Shown one piece after another: positions 51,986-62,783 of a stretch of 64,000 bases of DNA (within the stretch, counting starts at the first letter, position 1; each line of letters opens with the position of its first letter). The DNA lies in contig CAWCNS010000006.1 in NCBI GenBank assembly GCA_963796965.1, forward strand, positions 416,001 to 480,000. Direction: 5' to 3'. The DNA comes from Calditrichia bacterium (lineage in GTDB: Bacteria > Calditrichota > Calditrichia > JAJRVZ01). Both the position numbers and the translations under genes were made by a program. Below the pieces are notes generated by a model, which saw only the letters and a list, made by a program, of their open reading frames with translations, made no database searches and was not told the origin of the DNA.

Positions 51986-54721
51986 TTAAAAATCAAGGCT
52001 TAAACCCAGGAGCAATGTCCGGGGTGAACTATAATAATTGGGCCTGATATTGTATTCATCATAGGTATGAACACCTGGCTCTCCATAATGGTTTTTAAAA
52101 GACTGTGGCTCGCCTGTTACCCGGTTATAAAAAGTATAAGTCGCTCGTCCTGTATCGTCAAAAACATAACGTTCATTTAGTGTGTCGAAAAGGTTGTAGA
52201 CTTTTAAGAATATATTATACGTCACGTTTTTGGTAGGTATACGATAAGAAGCCAATAAATCGACCGTCCGCTGTAAGGGTTTCGAGTCTGAATTAGGTTC
52301 TGAGTCATAGAGTGAAAAAGCCAGTTGAGGAGAATAAGGATATCCCGTTGATAAACGGCCAATTAAACCAATATTTAAGGCATCCCAAACATCAATGGTT
52401 ACAGATCCATATAAACTGTGGGTTTGATCCCAGTCCAGAGGAACAATTCGTTTAATTGCCTCATAGCCGGAAAGAGAATTAAAATAAAAAGCACTGGAAG
52501 AATTATCATTTCCTTCTGCTACCTGAAAGGTATAGTCAATTTTTGCTGCAACCGGATCGCCGGGTGCCATCCGTTTGGTCAAACTGATCATAAATCCTTT
52601 AACGTTCCCATAGTCCTGATTGAGACGCATTCTATAAGTACGTGTATCTCCGGCCTCTGAGCGGAATTGAATGGTCTGCCAGGCCAGAAGATCCCTTATA
52701 TCTTTATAAAATCCGGTTATATCCAGAGCCATACGATCACCAAATTGCTGCTGAAGACCCAGTTCGTAGGTAACTGTTTTTTCCGGGCTCAGGTTAGCAT
52801 TGCCAAATAATGTGGTGCCTGAAACGGGTAAAATAAAATCCGGATTGGAATACAATGAACCAAATGAAGGCATTTGATAAAAATGACCATAAGAAAGATG
52901 AATAATGCCTCTTGATGTTATGGGAAAAGAAATTCCCAAACGGGGTGCAAGCATATATTTAGGATCAGCTTTTTTCGTTTCGCCATCGGGCTGCAGAACG
53001 TCAACAGCATAGCGGCCATCGGAATAGAAGTAATCAAAACGGAGGCCAGCATTAATGATAACATCCGAATACTCCAATTTATCCTGAATATAGGCAGAAA
53101 TTTCCTGCGGATAGGTATTATAAGCCTGATGGGCATAGGAATCTTTGCTTGGTACGGTGGGGGTTTGGTAGACATTTCGATCATATAGGACAGTGTAACT
53201 GTCATAATCCAGAATGTGTAGTCTGGCTTCAAAGCCTGCCTTTAGCAAATTCCGGGTGTCTAACTGGCTGGTAAAGTCTCCTTTTCCGATAAGCGTACGC
53301 GATTTCTGATAGGTGTGACCATTCGATGTACCACCGAATAAAAAAGTTGTTCCGGTAGGACTACCTTTTATTTTATTACTGGGAACATAACGCGAATCGG
53401 TTGGATCTTCGTATAAATATGATTGATTATAGCGGTAGTTGAAGGCACCACGTAATTCATAAAAAGTAGATGGTGATAAAGTATGGGTAAATTGCATATT
53501 GCTGGAAACAGAAGTTGTATATCTGTTGGGGATAGCATCAGGAACATATTTATACGCATGAGAATATCCTTTGGACCAGGCATCATTGTAAACGGCCTGG
53601 GCCCGTAATACAGCCGAGGATCCCAATTGAAATTTTAATTTTCCGAGAACATTGACAACCTCAGAGGGATTCATGGGAACATAGGCATTGTCACCGTTTA
53701 ACTCGATATACCATTCATCCTTAGGAACACGGATGGTAACTAATTTGTTATCGTCATCCTTAAATTCGATGATATCATACTTTGTCTCAAAATTTGATGA
53801 ATCGCTGGGTAAATGTTCACGGATTCCATAATAATGCCCCTCTGATTTATTATACCGGCCAGATAAGAAAAATGTAGTCCCATTGCCTAAAAAATTAAGA
53901 GGTCCGGAAAAATTACCCTCGGCCACTTTGTTGGAGAGGGGATTAAAATCATCGATATTGGTAAAGATATCATTATGGCTGCTTAATTTGTCACCGGAAT
54001 AAAAACTTAGGAACGTATTGAATTTTGGAGATCCGTCTTTGGTTGTAAAATTCACCACACCACTCATGGCATTACCGTATTCCGCATTAAAGGCACCGCT
54101 AACTACTGTCATCTCCTGTATGGCATTTGTCGCAACGCTCGTTGCAAGACCATTGGTTACATAGGGATTGGCGGCAGAGATACCGTCAATTAAATAGGCA
54201 ATTTCATTACTACGACCACCGCGGATATGCAGAGCACCATCGGCTCCTTGGGTCACACCGGCCTGTGTTAGCATAACGCCGGCATAAGTTTCAACCGGCA
54301 TGGCTTGTATTTCTTCAGCATTGGTAACGGTTTTTGATGAGGTGAGATCCTTCTGGACTAAAGGACGATTGGCAATTACGACGATATCTTCACCTAGCTC
54401 CATGGTTTCTTCTTCAATTTTAAACTCTAACGTAGTTGTCTGATCAGATTGGACCGCCACACCCTGCATGGTAATCGTACGGTAACCGATATAGGAACAT
54501 TCCACATCGTATTTACCAGGAGGAATATTAAGTATGATAAACTCCCCATTTAAATCACTTGAGGCACCCATGGAGGTCTCTTTAATAAACACATTAACCC
54601 CTGGTAAAGGCTCACCTGAGTTTTTATCAGTGACAACACCATAGATTTTACCGGTGTTACCGGCCTGTGTGATTTGTATGGTAGCTAGTGTGAGTAATAA
54701 GGTTAAAATGAAGCGTTTCAT
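51986..54721 (-). CDS. TonB-dependent receptor with N-terminal carboxypeptidase-regulatory-like domain
   Basis: GKIYGVVTD...GEPLPG; plug HIRGGRSNE...IDG, GAFNAEYGNAMSGVVN; NAGLRFD; terminal Phe. Confidence 0.92.
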   Translation of the reverse strand: MKRFILTLLLTLATIQITQAGNTGKIYGVVTDKNSGEPLPGVNVFIKETSMGASSDLNGEFIILNIPPGKYDVECSYIGYRTITMQGVAVQSDQTTTLEFKIEEETMELGEDIVVIANRPLVQKDLTSSKTVTNAEEIQAMPVETYAGVMLTQAGVTQGADGALHIRGGRSNEIAYLIDGISAANPYVTNGLATSVATNAIQEMTVVSGAFNAEYGNAMSGVVNFTTKDGSPKFNTFLSFYSGDKLSSHNDIFTNIDDFNPLSNKVAEGNFSGPLNFLGNGTTFFLSGRYNKSEGHYYGIREHLPSDSSNFETKYDIIEFKDDDNKLVTIRVPKDEWYIELNGDNAYVPMNPSEVVNVLGKLKFQLGSSAVLRAQAVYNDAWSKGYSHAYKYVPDAIPNRYTTSVSSNMQFTHTLSPSTFYELRGAFNYRYNQSYLYEDPTDSRYVPSNKIKGSPTGTTFLFGGTSNGHTYQKSRTLIGKGDFTSQLDTRNLLKAGFEARLHILDYDSYTVLYDRNVYQTPTVPSKDSYAHQAYNTYPQEISAYIQDKLEYSDVIINAGLRFDYFYSDGRYAVDVLQPDGETKKADPKYMLAPRLGISFPITSRGIIHLSYGHFYQMPSFGSLYSNPDFILPVSGTTLFGNANLSPEKTVTYELGLQQQFGDRMALDITGFYKDIRDLLAWQTIQFRSEAGDTRTYRMRLNQDYGNVKGFMISLTKRMAPGDPVAAKIDYTFQVAEGNDNSSSAFYFNSLSGYEAIKRIVPLDWDQTHSLYGSVTIDVWDALNIGLIGRLSTGYPYSPQLAFSLYDSEPNSDSKPLQRTVDLLASYRIPTKNVTYNIFLKVYNLFDTLNERYVFDDTGRATYTFYNRVTGEPQSFKNHYGEPGVHTYDEYNIRPNYYSSPRTLLLGLSLDF

Positions 54722-55103
54722 TACGTTTTACCTCCAGCGGGAAGTTGAATAAAGATCAAATGTAAAAAATCGGTTTTCTAATATATTACATGGTAACGCT
54801 TGCTTGTGTGACAATTGTCATTATTTCCTCCAAAAAATCAATTGATGAGCAGATAAAATCCTCATAAGGAAATTTGTGAAAGAATTTGGAAGGGAATATA
54901 ACAATTTCAGAACAAGAATTAAACTATAATTAATATGAATTTATAGTCAGAAGGCATTTATAGCATATGGCTGACCCGGATTCAGCAGATTGCCGCGGAT
55001 TGTTTATCTTTGTGAGCTTCGTGCCTTCCTAGTGTCCTTTGCGTTTATCTTTTCTTTTCATTTTCTAAAACACCGCAACGAGCGGATTTTTAAGTTGGCT
55101 TAA

Positions 55104-55281
55104 GGAGACCCTGAAACAAGTTCAGGGTGACAAATGCTTCGTGCTTTTCATGGAGTTTTAGTTCTAATTTACATGTTCTCCGGTGTCATCCTGAAAGGAT
55201 CTTCCTTCTTGCTGCTACAATAATTACACGCAGGAAGATTTCTTTCCCGAAGCGCGATCCCGTTCCGGGATGGAATGACAA
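55104..55281. repeat. GTCAT...ATGAC-type palindromic repeat cluster
   Basis: ccctgaaacaagttcagggtgaca and tgtcatcctgaa...ggaatgaca; related element at 61443..61515. Confidence 0.55.
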
Positions 55282-55514
55282 GAACAATACTATTTTATTA
55301 ATTCGAGAAAATTAGTGTCAGTTTCCGCCTGATCGGGTTTCAACGGATAATTCGTGGACCAGGGTTAAAAAAACTTGATATTTGTCACAACTTTGAAATA
55401 AAAAGGCATTATATTATGTTAAAACTTAAATTCCGCTTGATTTTATTGAATCTAAAGTATATTTTAGCCGGAAATCCCACTAAACTTGTATTATCTAATG
55501 TAAGGAGGAATCTT

Positions 55515-57466
55515 ATGATTCGCAATGTTTCGTTACTGTTGTTTGTTTTTCTGTTTGCCTTGGTTTGTTCATCTTCTGCACAAACCAGTGTAAATATGGC
55601 TGTTGGGTATAACTGGGACACCTCAGATACCCTTTGGTCTGGATTTGGAAGTATTCGTGCTACGGCCTATGATGCTGATCTTTTAGGTGATGGTGTCTCT
55701 GCTATTGCTGCAACAGACTATAGTAATAATGGCACGGTTCACGTCTTTAAAACGATTGGTGACAATGCCATTGAAGCTGTTTGGACAACCACATCACCTG
55801 ATTCAGGTGGTACCTATGCTGGTCCTCGCCACGTGGTTTTTGGGGACATGGATGGTGATGGTCGTAAAGAAGTCATTTATCACAGTTCCTACAATGGTAT
55901 TTTTATCTGGGAATGGGATGGCGTAGCAGGAAGCTATAATTTTGGTACAAAACCATCTCAGCAGATCACTGTACCTATTATCAAACATGGTTACAGTGGT
56001 ACTGAATACTGTGAGTATTTAGAAGTTCAGGATCTGGATAATGACGGCAAAGAAGAATTGATTATTGCCTACAACTCAGCCCCCAGTGCAAATGATAACT
56101 ACTATGTTATTAGTGCAATAGGTACTTGGGATACGGAGAGTCCTGGTTTTTCAACTTTTAATGTCGAATGGACAATTGCCCGTACAGCTGAAGGTGATTA
56201 CGGTCTTGGCGGCAGTCCAATTGCTATGATTGGTGCTGATCTTGATGGTGATGATGATAAGGATGTTATCATTCATAACTGGAATTATCAGAATGTGATA
56301 CCTTTGACAACTGTAAAGGCAGATTCTTTTGTAATCGCCGATACAACGAACGGCAAAGCCCATTTTTATCCAACCTATCCAAGTGATAAAGTTGCTCTGA
56401 TGGGTGGTATGGCTGCCGATGTTGATAATGACGGACGAGAAGAAGTCTATATGCCCGTTTACAGCAGTAGTCAGGTGGCTGGGGTGGTAAAGTAAATATG
56501 ATTCATTATGAAGACGGTGAAAGCACCATGGAAATTGACTCTGCCAATGTCTTCTTGATGGATCTCACACCGGTTGGTGCTGCGGTTTCGACCTTTGGTC
56601 ATGGCCAGGGTGATATTGACCAGGATGGCAAAACAAATCTTTATTTTGGACAATCCTATCCTACAAATGTCGTTTCAGCTGAATTTCAGGGTGGCGATAA
56701 AACGGATCCGGCCAACTGGGTTGTAGAAGTGATTTATCCTGGTGATTCTACCATTTTTAGTTCAGTAGATATCTTTCGCGATTCGACTGCTGTTGCTGAC
56801 GAACTCGCCGGTGATTCTACCTGGAATGTAAATACGGCTTTTGTGTCCAACATGTCAGCCAATTTCACTGATTTTGATAAAGATGGTTTTGAAGATATTA
56901 TTCTTCCTTTTCAGGCTATAGAAGATAGTATCACATTAACCACTGAAACCTGGACGGATTCGGTTTTTATCTCTGCTATCGATTCAACATTAGATTCTCT
57001 GGTCATTGATTCAACAGATGTTCCCTGGGATTCTACCTATTATTACTCATACGATACAACCTACACCCGTTACTATGAAGAATCAGAGGAAATGGTTCTC
57101 AATGAAAAAAGATGGTCATTACGGATTATTGAAGGTACAGTTCTTAACAGTATCGAAGCTAAAGATGTAACAGTTATTACACCACAAGACTATGTCTTAA
57201 AGCAAAATTATCCAAATCCATTTAACCCGGAAACGACGATCGAATTTATCCTACCGGTCAGAAAGCGTATTTCTCTGACAGTCTATAACGCTTTGGGTCA
57301 GAAGATTAAGACCCTTTACGATAACAAGGTTATGACAGCGGGTAGTCATGAAATCGTTTGGGATGGCAGAAATGAAGCCGGCAACCGTGTTGCTACCGGT
57401 ATGTATATCTATACATTGAAATTCGGTAACTATGCTAAGAATATGAAGATGATGCTGGTGAAATAA
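55515..57466 (+). CDS. Secreted FG-GAP/VCBS-like repeat protein with FlgD-Ig C-terminal domain; interrupted at about 56490
   Basis: AGGAGG RBS and signal peptide; DxDxDGxxE repeats; QNYPNPFNP...WDGRNEAG...GMYIY; removing one copy of tandem GTAAA at 56487-56496 fuses the two ORFs. Confidence 0.8.
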
Positions 57467-57489
57467 GAGCCAAGATCAGATTTAAAATT

Positions 57490-57521
57490 AAAGGGGTGTC
57501 CATTCGGATACCCCTTTTTTT
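57490..57521 (+). terminator. Intrinsic terminator
   Basis: aaaggggtgtcc-attc-ggatacccc followed by a T-run. Confidence 0.8.
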
Positions 57522-57540
57522 GTTACCCCCGAATAAACTT

Positions 57541-57703
57541 TCCACGAATCACACAAATTTTTTCTAATTTCACGAATTATATTTAATATTTGTTTACATC
57601 CTAGATATCAGAGATTTTTATGTCTAATCAGAAGACATCAAAATTTAAAAAAATAATAATAAAAAATTCGTGAAATTCGTTTTTTTATTCGTGAAATTCT
57701 TGG
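57541..57703. repeat. CACGAAT-type imperfect inverted repeat
   Basis: ccacgaat...ttcacgaatt and aattcgtgaaattcgt...ttcgtgaaatt arms; left arm repeated at about 60106..60135. Confidence 0.6.
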
Positions 57704-57740
57704 AAAGTCTTTTAAAAATTCTGACAATTAGATTCTTCAC

Positions 57741-58778
57741 ATGATTAAAAATATGAAAAACTTTGAGAATGCTGTAAAGGATGTTGGATTAAACCTGAAA
57801 AAAAATCAATCCCTGGCCAGGTATACCACTATAAAAGTTGGAGGTATGGTTGATTTCTTCGTGATAAGTGAGAATAGTGATCAATTAAAAGAAACAGTCT
57901 TTCTGGCTAAACAACATGATATTCCTTTTTTTATACTTGGTAAGGGAAGTAATGTTATAATTTCCGATGAGGGATATCGAGGTATTGTTATTATCAATAC
58001 TTCAAAGAAATGGGAAATAATTGGAAAAGTAGCATCAAGAAAGTCAAAAGTAAAAGCCCAGCCGCGTTTTAAATCTGACTATTCAGGTTTTGAGTATAAA
58101 ACTACTGGTTCAGAATTGAACAATATTAGCGATATTAGTGTCAGGACAGACTCCGGTGTGGGGGTTAACTATCTTATGCATGAACTATATAAAAAGGGCG
58201 TCACTGGTCTGCAGTGGTATGCCGGCATTCCGGCAACAATAGGTGGGGCGATCTATATGAATATGCATGGGGGAGAATATTTTTTTGGTGACCTTGTCTT
58301 GAGTGCGACTCTAATAGATGGTACAGAGGTTAAAAAAGTCAGTAATGATTATTTTAAATTTGATTATGACTGGAGTATTCTTCATCAGACAAAGGAAATT
58401 ATTCTTGAAGCGGATCTTTGTTTAAAAGATGGTGATCTTGAGTCAGCGATAAAAATATCAAATGAATGGGCACGATATAAAGCTCAGCAACCAAGACGAT
58501 CTGCCGGTTGTATATTCAGGAATTTGTCAACGGAAGAAGTGCAGATACTTGGCTTGCCAACAACCTCGGTAGGTTATCTTATAGATAAAATATTAGGACT
58601 AAAGGGTAAAAGAATTGGGGATGCGGTTATAGCCGAGCAACATGCAGCTTTTATTGAAAACCTTGGTCAGGCAACGGCCAGTGATATTTATGATTTGGTC
58701 CAATTTATAAAACAGAAAGCAAAAACAGATCTGGGTACTGAACTACACGAAGAAGTTCAATTTATCGGTAAATTTTAA
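57741..58778 (+). CDS. murB: UDP-N-acetylenolpyruvoylglucosamine reductase
   Basis: YTTIKVGG, LGKGSNV, GIPATIGGAIYMN, SAGCIFRN, HAAFIEN, LHEEV. Confidence 0.93.
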   Translation: MIKNMKNFENAVKDVGLNLKKNQSLARYTTIKVGGMVDFFVISENSDQLKETVFLAKQHDIPFFILGKGSNVIISDEGYRGIVIINTSKKWEIIGKVASRKSKVKAQPRFKSDYSGFEYKTTGSELNNISDISVRTDSGVGVNYLMHELYKKGVTGLQWYAGIPATIGGAIYMNMHGGEYFFGDLVLSATLIDGTEVKKVSNDYFKFDYDWSILHQTKEIILEADLCLKDGDLESAIKISNEWARYKAQQPRRSAGCIFRNLSTEEVQILGLPTTSVGYLIDKILGLKGKRIGDAVIAEQHAAFIENLGQATASDIYDLVQFIKQKAKTDLGTELHEEVQFIGKF

Positions 58779-58794
58779 AGATCGGAGTTTTCAA

Positions 58795-60055
58795 ATGGGA
58801 AAATTTATCATTGAGGGAAAACATCCTCTTAGCGGTGATATATATGTATCCGGAAATAAAAATGCTGCTTTACCGATTATTGCCGCGACAGTTTTGACTG
58901 ATGATACATGTGTTCTGGAAAATATACCGGAGATAAGAGATGTTAAAGCCATGTTTGCCCTTCTAAAGGATCTGGGAAAAGAGGTTAAGAGGATAAAATC
59001 TAATGTTTATCAGGTTAGTGGCGCGATCAGAAAAAACAAGTTGAATGATGAAATTACAGGTAATTTGAGAGCCTCTATCTTGTTTTTAGGGGCATTGTTG
59101 GCCCGAAGTGGAGAGGTTGAGATGACCCCTCCCGGTGGGTGTGTATTAGGCAGGAGAAATGTTGACAGCCATTTTTTTGTGCTGCAAACGTTGGGGGCTG
59201 ACCTTAAAATTGAAGATAAAAAGTATCAGGCCTCTTTATCAAAACCAAGAGCGGCAGATATTTTTCTAAAAGAAGCTTCTGTAACGGCAACGGGTAATGC
59301 CTTATTACTTGCTGCCGGAATTGAAGGAGAAACAATCATAAGAAACGCGGCAGCGGAACCCCATATTGTTGATCTGGCTAATGTGTTAAGAAAAATGGGT
59401 GCTAACATTGAAGGAGATGGTTCAAACCGGATTAAAATATCAGGTAGTAAAAAATTGAACGGGTTTGAGCACCGTATCATGCCCGACCATATTGAGGCCG
59501 GTACTTTGGCTATCGCGGCAGCCTGTACAAATGGAAATATTACGATCCATGATGCTTATGAAGAGCATTTTAATATTATCGGGTTCTACCTGGAACAATT
59601 AAACGTTGATCTTACTTTCCTTGATACAAAGACCTTGCAAGTCAAACCATCCAAACTCGTCTCAAAAACAGACAAAATTCAGGTTGGACTCTGGCCGGGA
59701 TTTGCGACAGATCTAATGAGTCCAATAATCGTATTGGCCACCCAGGCAGAGGGTGTTACCTTGTGTCATGATTGGATGTATGAATCGCGGATGTTTTTTG
59801 TAGACAAATTAATTGCTATGGGAGCCCAAATAACCCAATGTGATCCGCACCGGGTTCTGGTGGCAGGTCCAACGCAGTTGCGGGGACAGGAATTGAGCAG
59901 TCCGGATATACGTGCCGGAATTGCTCTCGTTATCGCTGCCATGACAGCCTCAGGTACAAGTACTATTGATAAAGTGGAGTTGATAGATCGCGGATATGAG
60001 GATATTGTAACTCAGGTTGAATCAAATCGGTGCAAACATCAAAAGGATCGACTAA
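58795..60055 (+). CDS. murA: UDP-N-acetylglucosamine 1-carboxyvinyltransferase; apparent +1 indel near 60010
   Basis: SGNKNAALP, LRAS, PGGCVLGRR, DIRAG, IDRGYE; the typical end LRLNQIGANIKRID* is in another frame, stop at 60055. Confidence 0.95.
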
Positions 60056-60243
60056 ACAAAGACGTTTCTCTCGCAGAGCCATAGAAAATCTTGTCCACAA
60101 AATTGTCCACGAATTCCTTCTAATTTCACGAATTAAATATAAGAAAGCAGAAGCTGTAAGCAGAAAGCAGTTTAAATAATATTTTTATAATTTTTTGTTT
60201 GTCGTACGTTTAAAAATTTAATTGTATTTGTGTCTTGATTGTC

Positions 60244-60333
60244 TTTCTCTGCGGCTTTTGAAATCTTGGATGATTTTTATCCCGTCTTTGTTGACTGGAT
60301 GGAGACATTTTTATCGGGAGCGTCTCTGCGTGA
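60244..60333. repeat. About 90-bp repeat, left copy flanking lpxH
   Basis: Reverse-complement match to 61158..61256. Confidence 0.8.
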
Positions 60334-60393
60334 GAAATACAAGTAAACAAATGGTAAGAAACATGATACAAATTGGGTTATTAGGAATTGCTA

Positions 60394-61122
60394 TTATTTT
60401 TTATTCAAGTATTGAATCTTTAGATCTTTTCCGTCAAAAACAGCATACGAAAAATGATAAAGCCAATCACCAAGGTTAATATATTTATTACCATCTTCGT
60501 TATGTTCAAAGGGCGAATGGCGATGGCCCATCAAAACATAATCAAAGCCTTCTGCAAAACGCTCCCGGGCAAAGTCCACATAATCTCCCTGATCATTTAA
60601 ATCAACCCGGTTGGTATATTGCCTGCTTGAACCGGAAACAAAACGGGCAAAAGGAATACCCCAATCCGGGTGGAGTAGACGGAATAATCTGATACTTAGC
60701 CGGTTTCTCAATACTTTTTTTAGAAAACGGTAGCCGTAGTCTTTCTTTGCGACACCATCACCATGATAGAGATAAAAGTTTTTTCCTTCAAGTGTACCTG
60801 TCCATTCATTTTCAACGGTTTTGATTCCTAATTCACGATCGAAAAAGGACCCCAACCAAAAATCATGATTTCCAGCGAGATAGGTTATATTAATCTCTTT
60901 TTCGCGCATACGTGCCAATTGACGGATAACCGAAAAGTGTTTTTTGGGAATTACATATTTATATTCAAACCAAAAATCGAATAAATCTCCGATAAAAAAT
61001 ACATCGGTCGCATCTTTTTCTAGCTTCTGAAGAAACAGAATAAAATCTTTTACCCGTTCTTTTTCAACATGGGCGGGTTGTTCACCAAGGTGTACATCGG
61101 AGATGAAATATATTTTACTCAT
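60394..61122 (-). CDS. lpxH: UDP-2,3-diacylglucosamine hydrolase-like metallophosphoesterase
   Basis: ISDVHLG, GDLFDFW, GNHDFW, YHGD, MGHRH, NLGDW; likely start ATG 61122. Confidence 0.85.
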   Translation of the reverse strand: MSKIYFISDVHLGEQPAHVEKERVKDFILFLQKLEKDATDVFFIGDLFDFWFEYKYVIPKKHFSVIRQLARMREKEINITYLAGNHDFWLGSFFDRELGIKTVENEWTGTLEGKNFYLYHGDGVAKKDYGYRFLKKVLRNRLSIRLFRLLHPDWGIPFARFVSGSSRQYTNRVDLNDQGDYVDFARERFAEGFDYVLMGHRHSPFEHNEDGNKYINLGDWLYHFSYAVFDGKDLKIQYLNKK

Positions 61123-61157
61123 AAAACTTGTCGTTACCTTACTGTTAGGTTCTTTTT

Positions 61158-61256
61158 TCACGCAGAGACGCTCCCGATAAAAATGCCCCCATCCAGTCGA
61201 CATATACGGGATAAAATCATCCATCCCGACTTTAGTCGGGAAAAGACGCAGAGAAA
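61158..61256. repeat. About 99-bp repeat, right (inverted) copy flanking lpxH
   Basis: Inverted copy of 60244..60333 with an extra internal palindrome tcccgactttagtcggga. Confidence 0.8.
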
Positions 61257-61675
61257 ATAAATGACTTTTAATAAAAAAATACTGAAGATTTAATAAGCTA
61301 TTAATTATCACCCCAAAATGCAAACGGGCTAACACGCAACCCATTTTAAATTGGAATTATCATTAGCGATGTTACGTTATTATCATAGAAAAGGTAATTC
61401 CGCACAAAGACGATTGGGTGCAGAGAAAAGACTTCTTTAACAGTCATCCTGAATTTATTTCAGGATCTCTTATGTAATAGGAATTTTAAGATGCCGAAAT
61501 AAATTCGGCATAACGAACATATTTGTTTTTGTTTAAACTCTTTTGCAATTTTCTAAGTCGCGATATCTCTGTATCTTTAGCCAATGGCATCACCTAAGGA
61601 GTATCTCTGCGAGGGAGAAATCGATTGACCAAGTTTTAAAATCTTAAGAAGACTGCAAAACCGTACCAAAGGTAT

Positions 61676-62767
61676 ATGAGCATGGATAGATATTCACACT
61701 ATACAAAATACTTTAGGCAAGCCAGAAAAGACAGGAATGCGTCTGAGCAGTTGATGAATCTTTTTAGAAATCTATTGCTTCAGACAAATGGAGATGTTAA
61801 TGAGGCCATTCACTGGATGACAACATTAAATAACCGCTATAATTTTACAGATGATCTTGGTGGTTTTATTGAAAAGTTAAAGGAAGAAGGGTTGATTTCT
61901 GAACAAAATGATGTCTATATCCTGACCGGCAAGGGCAATCAAACGATTCGAAAAACAGCATTTCAGGAGATTTTTTCAAATCTTCAAAAAAAAGGTTTGG
62001 GACAGCATAATATTCCACGGACGGGCAAAGGTCTGGAAAAACTTCCCGAAACACGATCCTACAATTTCGGTGATTCTATTGAAAATATTGAAACAACCCA
62101 GAGTTTAAGCAATGCTATCAGAAGAGATGGAATTGATAATTTTAACCTGCAGGAAGATGATCTGGAGGTTTATGAAACAGAGCACCTGGCCACCTGTGCA
62201 ACCGTATTGTTGATAGATATTAGTCATAGTATGGTTCTTTATGGAGAGGATCGAATTACGCCTGCAAAAAATGTGGCCTTGGCTCTCTCCGAATTTATCA
62301 TGCAACAATACTCGAAAGATAGTTTTCACATAGTCTCTTTTGGAGATGATGCTGATGAGATAAAAGTAGTCGATTTACCCTATTTATCGGTTGGACCCTA
62401 TCATACAAATACGAAAGCAGCTCTCCAAAGAGCACGGCAAATTCTTAATAAGAAAAAGCATGAGAATAAACAAATATTTATGATAACCGATGGTAAACCA
62501 TCCTGTATCTGGGAAGGATTGAATCTATACAAGAATCCCTTTGGGTTAGATCGAAAAATTGTTAATCAGACTTTAAAAGAAGCGGTTCTATGTCGAAGAG
62601 AAAAAATTGAAATTACCACTTTTATGGTTTCTGCTGATCCCTATTTGCAAGGATTTGTAAAAGATCTGACCGAGGCCAATCGCGGAAAGGCTTATTTTAC
62701 TGATTTAAAAAATCTGGGGGAATATATATTTGTTGATTTTGTAAAAAATAGAAGAAAAAACATTTAA
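61676..62767 (+). CDS. VWA-domain protein
   Basis: MIDAS DISHS, HTNT, ITDGKPS. Confidence 0.88.
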   Translation: MSMDRYSHYTKYFRQARKDRNASEQLMNLFRNLLLQTNGDVNEAIHWMTTLNNRYNFTDDLGGFIEKLKEEGLISEQNDVYILTGKGNQTIRKTAFQEIFSNLQKKGLGQHNIPRTGKGLEKLPETRSYNFGDSIENIETTQSLSNAIRRDGIDNFNLQEDDLEVYETEHLATCATVLLIDISHSMVLYGEDRITPAKNVALALSEFIMQQYSKDSFHIVSFGDDADEIKVVDLPYLSVGPYHTNTKAALQRARQILNKKKHENKQIFMITDGKPSCIWEGLNLYKNPFGLDRKIVNQTLKEAVLCRREKIEITTFMVSADPYLQGFVKDLTEANRGKAYFTDLKNLGEYIFVDFVKNRRKNI

Positions 62768-62783
62768 CCTGTAAGGAATATTT

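Noticed and set aside
56487..56497. Programmed readthrough or frameshift between ORFs 55416..56495 and 56498..57466
   Set aside because: A 5-nt tandem duplication explains the break; no slippery heptamer is seen and the window has many other indels.
60222..60479. 85-aa ORF, and the 61123-61344 extension of lpxH, with similar translations
   Set aside because: The similarity comes from the non-coding inverted repeat; these are not real paralogous proteins.
4067..62329. Numerous 60-150 aa ORFs antisense to or overlapping long genes
   Set aside because: Shadow ORFs of well-supported genes with no recognisable motifs.
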